Shown here in pieces: positions 26,016 through 27,310 of a stretch of DNA of 27,310 bases. Position 1 is the stretch's first letter. Each line of letters begins with the position of its first letter. Source of the stretch: Verrucomicrobiota bacterium. Lineage in GTDB: Bacteria > Verrucomicrobiota > Verrucomicrobiia > Limisphaerales > CANJXF01. The position numbers were made by a program, and so were the translations under genes. Below the pieces are notes generated by a model. That model saw only the letters and a list, made by a program, of their open reading frames with translations. It did not search any database and was not told where the DNA came from. The DNA is taken from NCBI GenBank assembly GCA_038214755.1, contig JBBQRQ010000067.1, positions 1 through 27,310 of the forward strand, in the 5' to 3' direction.

Positions 26016-27310
26016 CTACTCTTTTTTAACCGCAAAACGCAGTGCCACTGTTGCTTTTTCTCCCGTGAGATCAATCGTGCCTCGATCATCAGCGTTGATC
26101 TTTTTTCCGTTGGCTTTTGCCGAAACAATCTTCCACCCGTCCGGCACACGCGCGCGAAATAAAATTTTCTCCGGGGCGTTTCGCTCCGGCAATTGAATAT
26201 CCGCGATGACTTCGCCTTGGCTCAACTTGGACTGAACATTGAAAGAGACGGGGCCAAACGCCGTCGGCGCGCGTTCGACTTTAAAACTTTTTCCATCCTC
26301 CAACCAACGCTTCGGAGTGGCAAACGCGAGCCGCAACGTTTCTGGTTTGCCGTCATCGTTCAGATCGGAATCCTGGACAAAGACGTAACGCAGCATCGAA
26401 AGAAAATGCGAATTAGCCGCGCTGTTCGGTGGACAATAAAAAAGCCGTCCGCCTTCATCGAGCGGTTTGAGCGAGCAACCTTCTGCGCCGACAAACGTGT
26501 TGCGCGTGAGACCTTGCGCGAGCATTCCATAGAGGCAAACCAGCGCGCGTTCCGGCTCGTCGCGACGCAAAACATCCTGCGCGTAACGTGTGCCGTAAAG
26601 CGGATTGATTTTGTATTCGCTGTTCCAAAAAGTGTTTTCCTGTCCGCCCGCGCGCAGCATTCCCATCGCGAGTCCGCCGTGTTGTTCCTGATAATGCGGA
26701 AGCCAATTTTCCTCCGCGCTGCCCACGGGAAAAATTCCGCTCGCAATCGTGTAGCCGATAATGATGTTCCAATAACTGCCGATGCGCGTGTCGCAAATCG
26801 GCGTGTGCGCGAGTTCGTTGGTGTAGAGCGCGATGGGAACAAACGGCGGCGTGGTGGAACGGTCGGCGCTTTTTTCAATTGCGGTTAAAACGGTTTTGCG
26901 AAATTCGCGCGCTACTTTTTCGTAATGTTCGGCTTCAGTTTTCTCGCCGACTTCACCGAGCACCGTCGCCATGTCGCGCAACGCCCGCCACGCTTTTGAA
27001 TTCGCGTTGAGCGTTTGCACCGGCGTGCTGATGTCGCCGCAATATTGTTCCTTGGGAAATAAACCGTGTTCGCCCGTGCGATGTTCGTCGAGGCGGCGCG
27101 CTTCACTTTCCCAACCGGAAACAACTTCTTTGGGGCCGGTGCGATAACGTTCCGGCTTCGACCAATTGCGAAATTCCTTGATGATGGAGGCATCGCGTGT
27201 TTGCCAATAGTAACGGCAAACGTCGTTCAATTTAAAACCGGCCTGGTGATATTCGAGACCTTTGCGCGTGAAATCAAACAGCGGAACCATCCAGCGCTTC
27301 ATGTCCTTTT
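26016..27310 (-). CDS. 3' part of glycoside-hydrolase-like paralog B (starts beyond the window)
   Basis: Collinear with 17727..20012: GL.PK..YC.DI, TRIGSYWN, NPLYG.RY, YGMLA.G.TRNTF.GAEG, YCPPN and VERAPTAFGPVS. The frame stays open to the window edge. Confidence 0.8.
   Translation of the reverse strand, partial: KDMKRWMVPLFDFTRKGLEYHQAGFKLNDVCRYYWQTRDASIIKEFRNWSKPERYRTGPKEVVSGWESEARRLDEHRTGEHGLFPKEQYCGDISTPVQTLNANSKAWRALRDMATVLGEVGEKTEAEHYEKVAREFRKTVLTAIEKSADRSTTPPFVPIALYTNELAHTPICDTRIGSYWNIIIGYTIASGIFPVGSAEENWLPHYQEQHGGLAMGMLRAGGQENTFWNSEYKINPLYGTRYAQDVLRRDEPERALVCLYGMLAQGLTRNTFVGAEGCSLKPLDEGGRLFYCPPNSAANSHFLSMLRYVFVQDSDLNDDGKPETLRLAFATPKRWLEDGKSFKVERAPTAFGPVSFNVQSKLSQGEVIADIQLPERNAPEKILFRARVPDGWKIVSAKANGKKINADDRGTIDLTGEKATVALRFAVKKE

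Overview
Bacterial chromosomal window; gene content, protein style and repeat families suggest Verrucomicrobiota (Pedosphaera-like), which is an inference. Bases 1-20 kb are mostly housekeeping or metabolic: nadB, DUF2127, panC, ThuA-like, glutaredoxin, hicBA, accA, ppk2, mpg, an alpha/beta hydrolase, DUF1080, BON, trmB, a GH63-like glucosidase and a glucose dehydrogenase-like SDR. The window opens with the end of an IS4 element inside a PIN/VapC gene. Several palindromic or heptameric repeat elements are scattered through it, and two of them lie inside protein-coding sequence (nadB and the hydrolase C-terminus). The most interesting region is a ~5.8 kb, visibly more AT-rich cassette (20096-25908) between two paralogous glycoside-hydrolase-like genes. 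It holds an XRE regulator divergent from an operon encoding a ~685-aa secreted multi-Ig protein with a C-terminal caspase/metacaspase-like His-Cys domain, followed by two paralogous exported proteins, giving a protease/toxin plus inhibitor/immunity-like layout. An ISL3 element (25-bp IRs, 8-bp target duplication, transposase with an internal stop) splits the large gene just after its signal peptide. No rRNA, tRNA or CRISPR array was seen.
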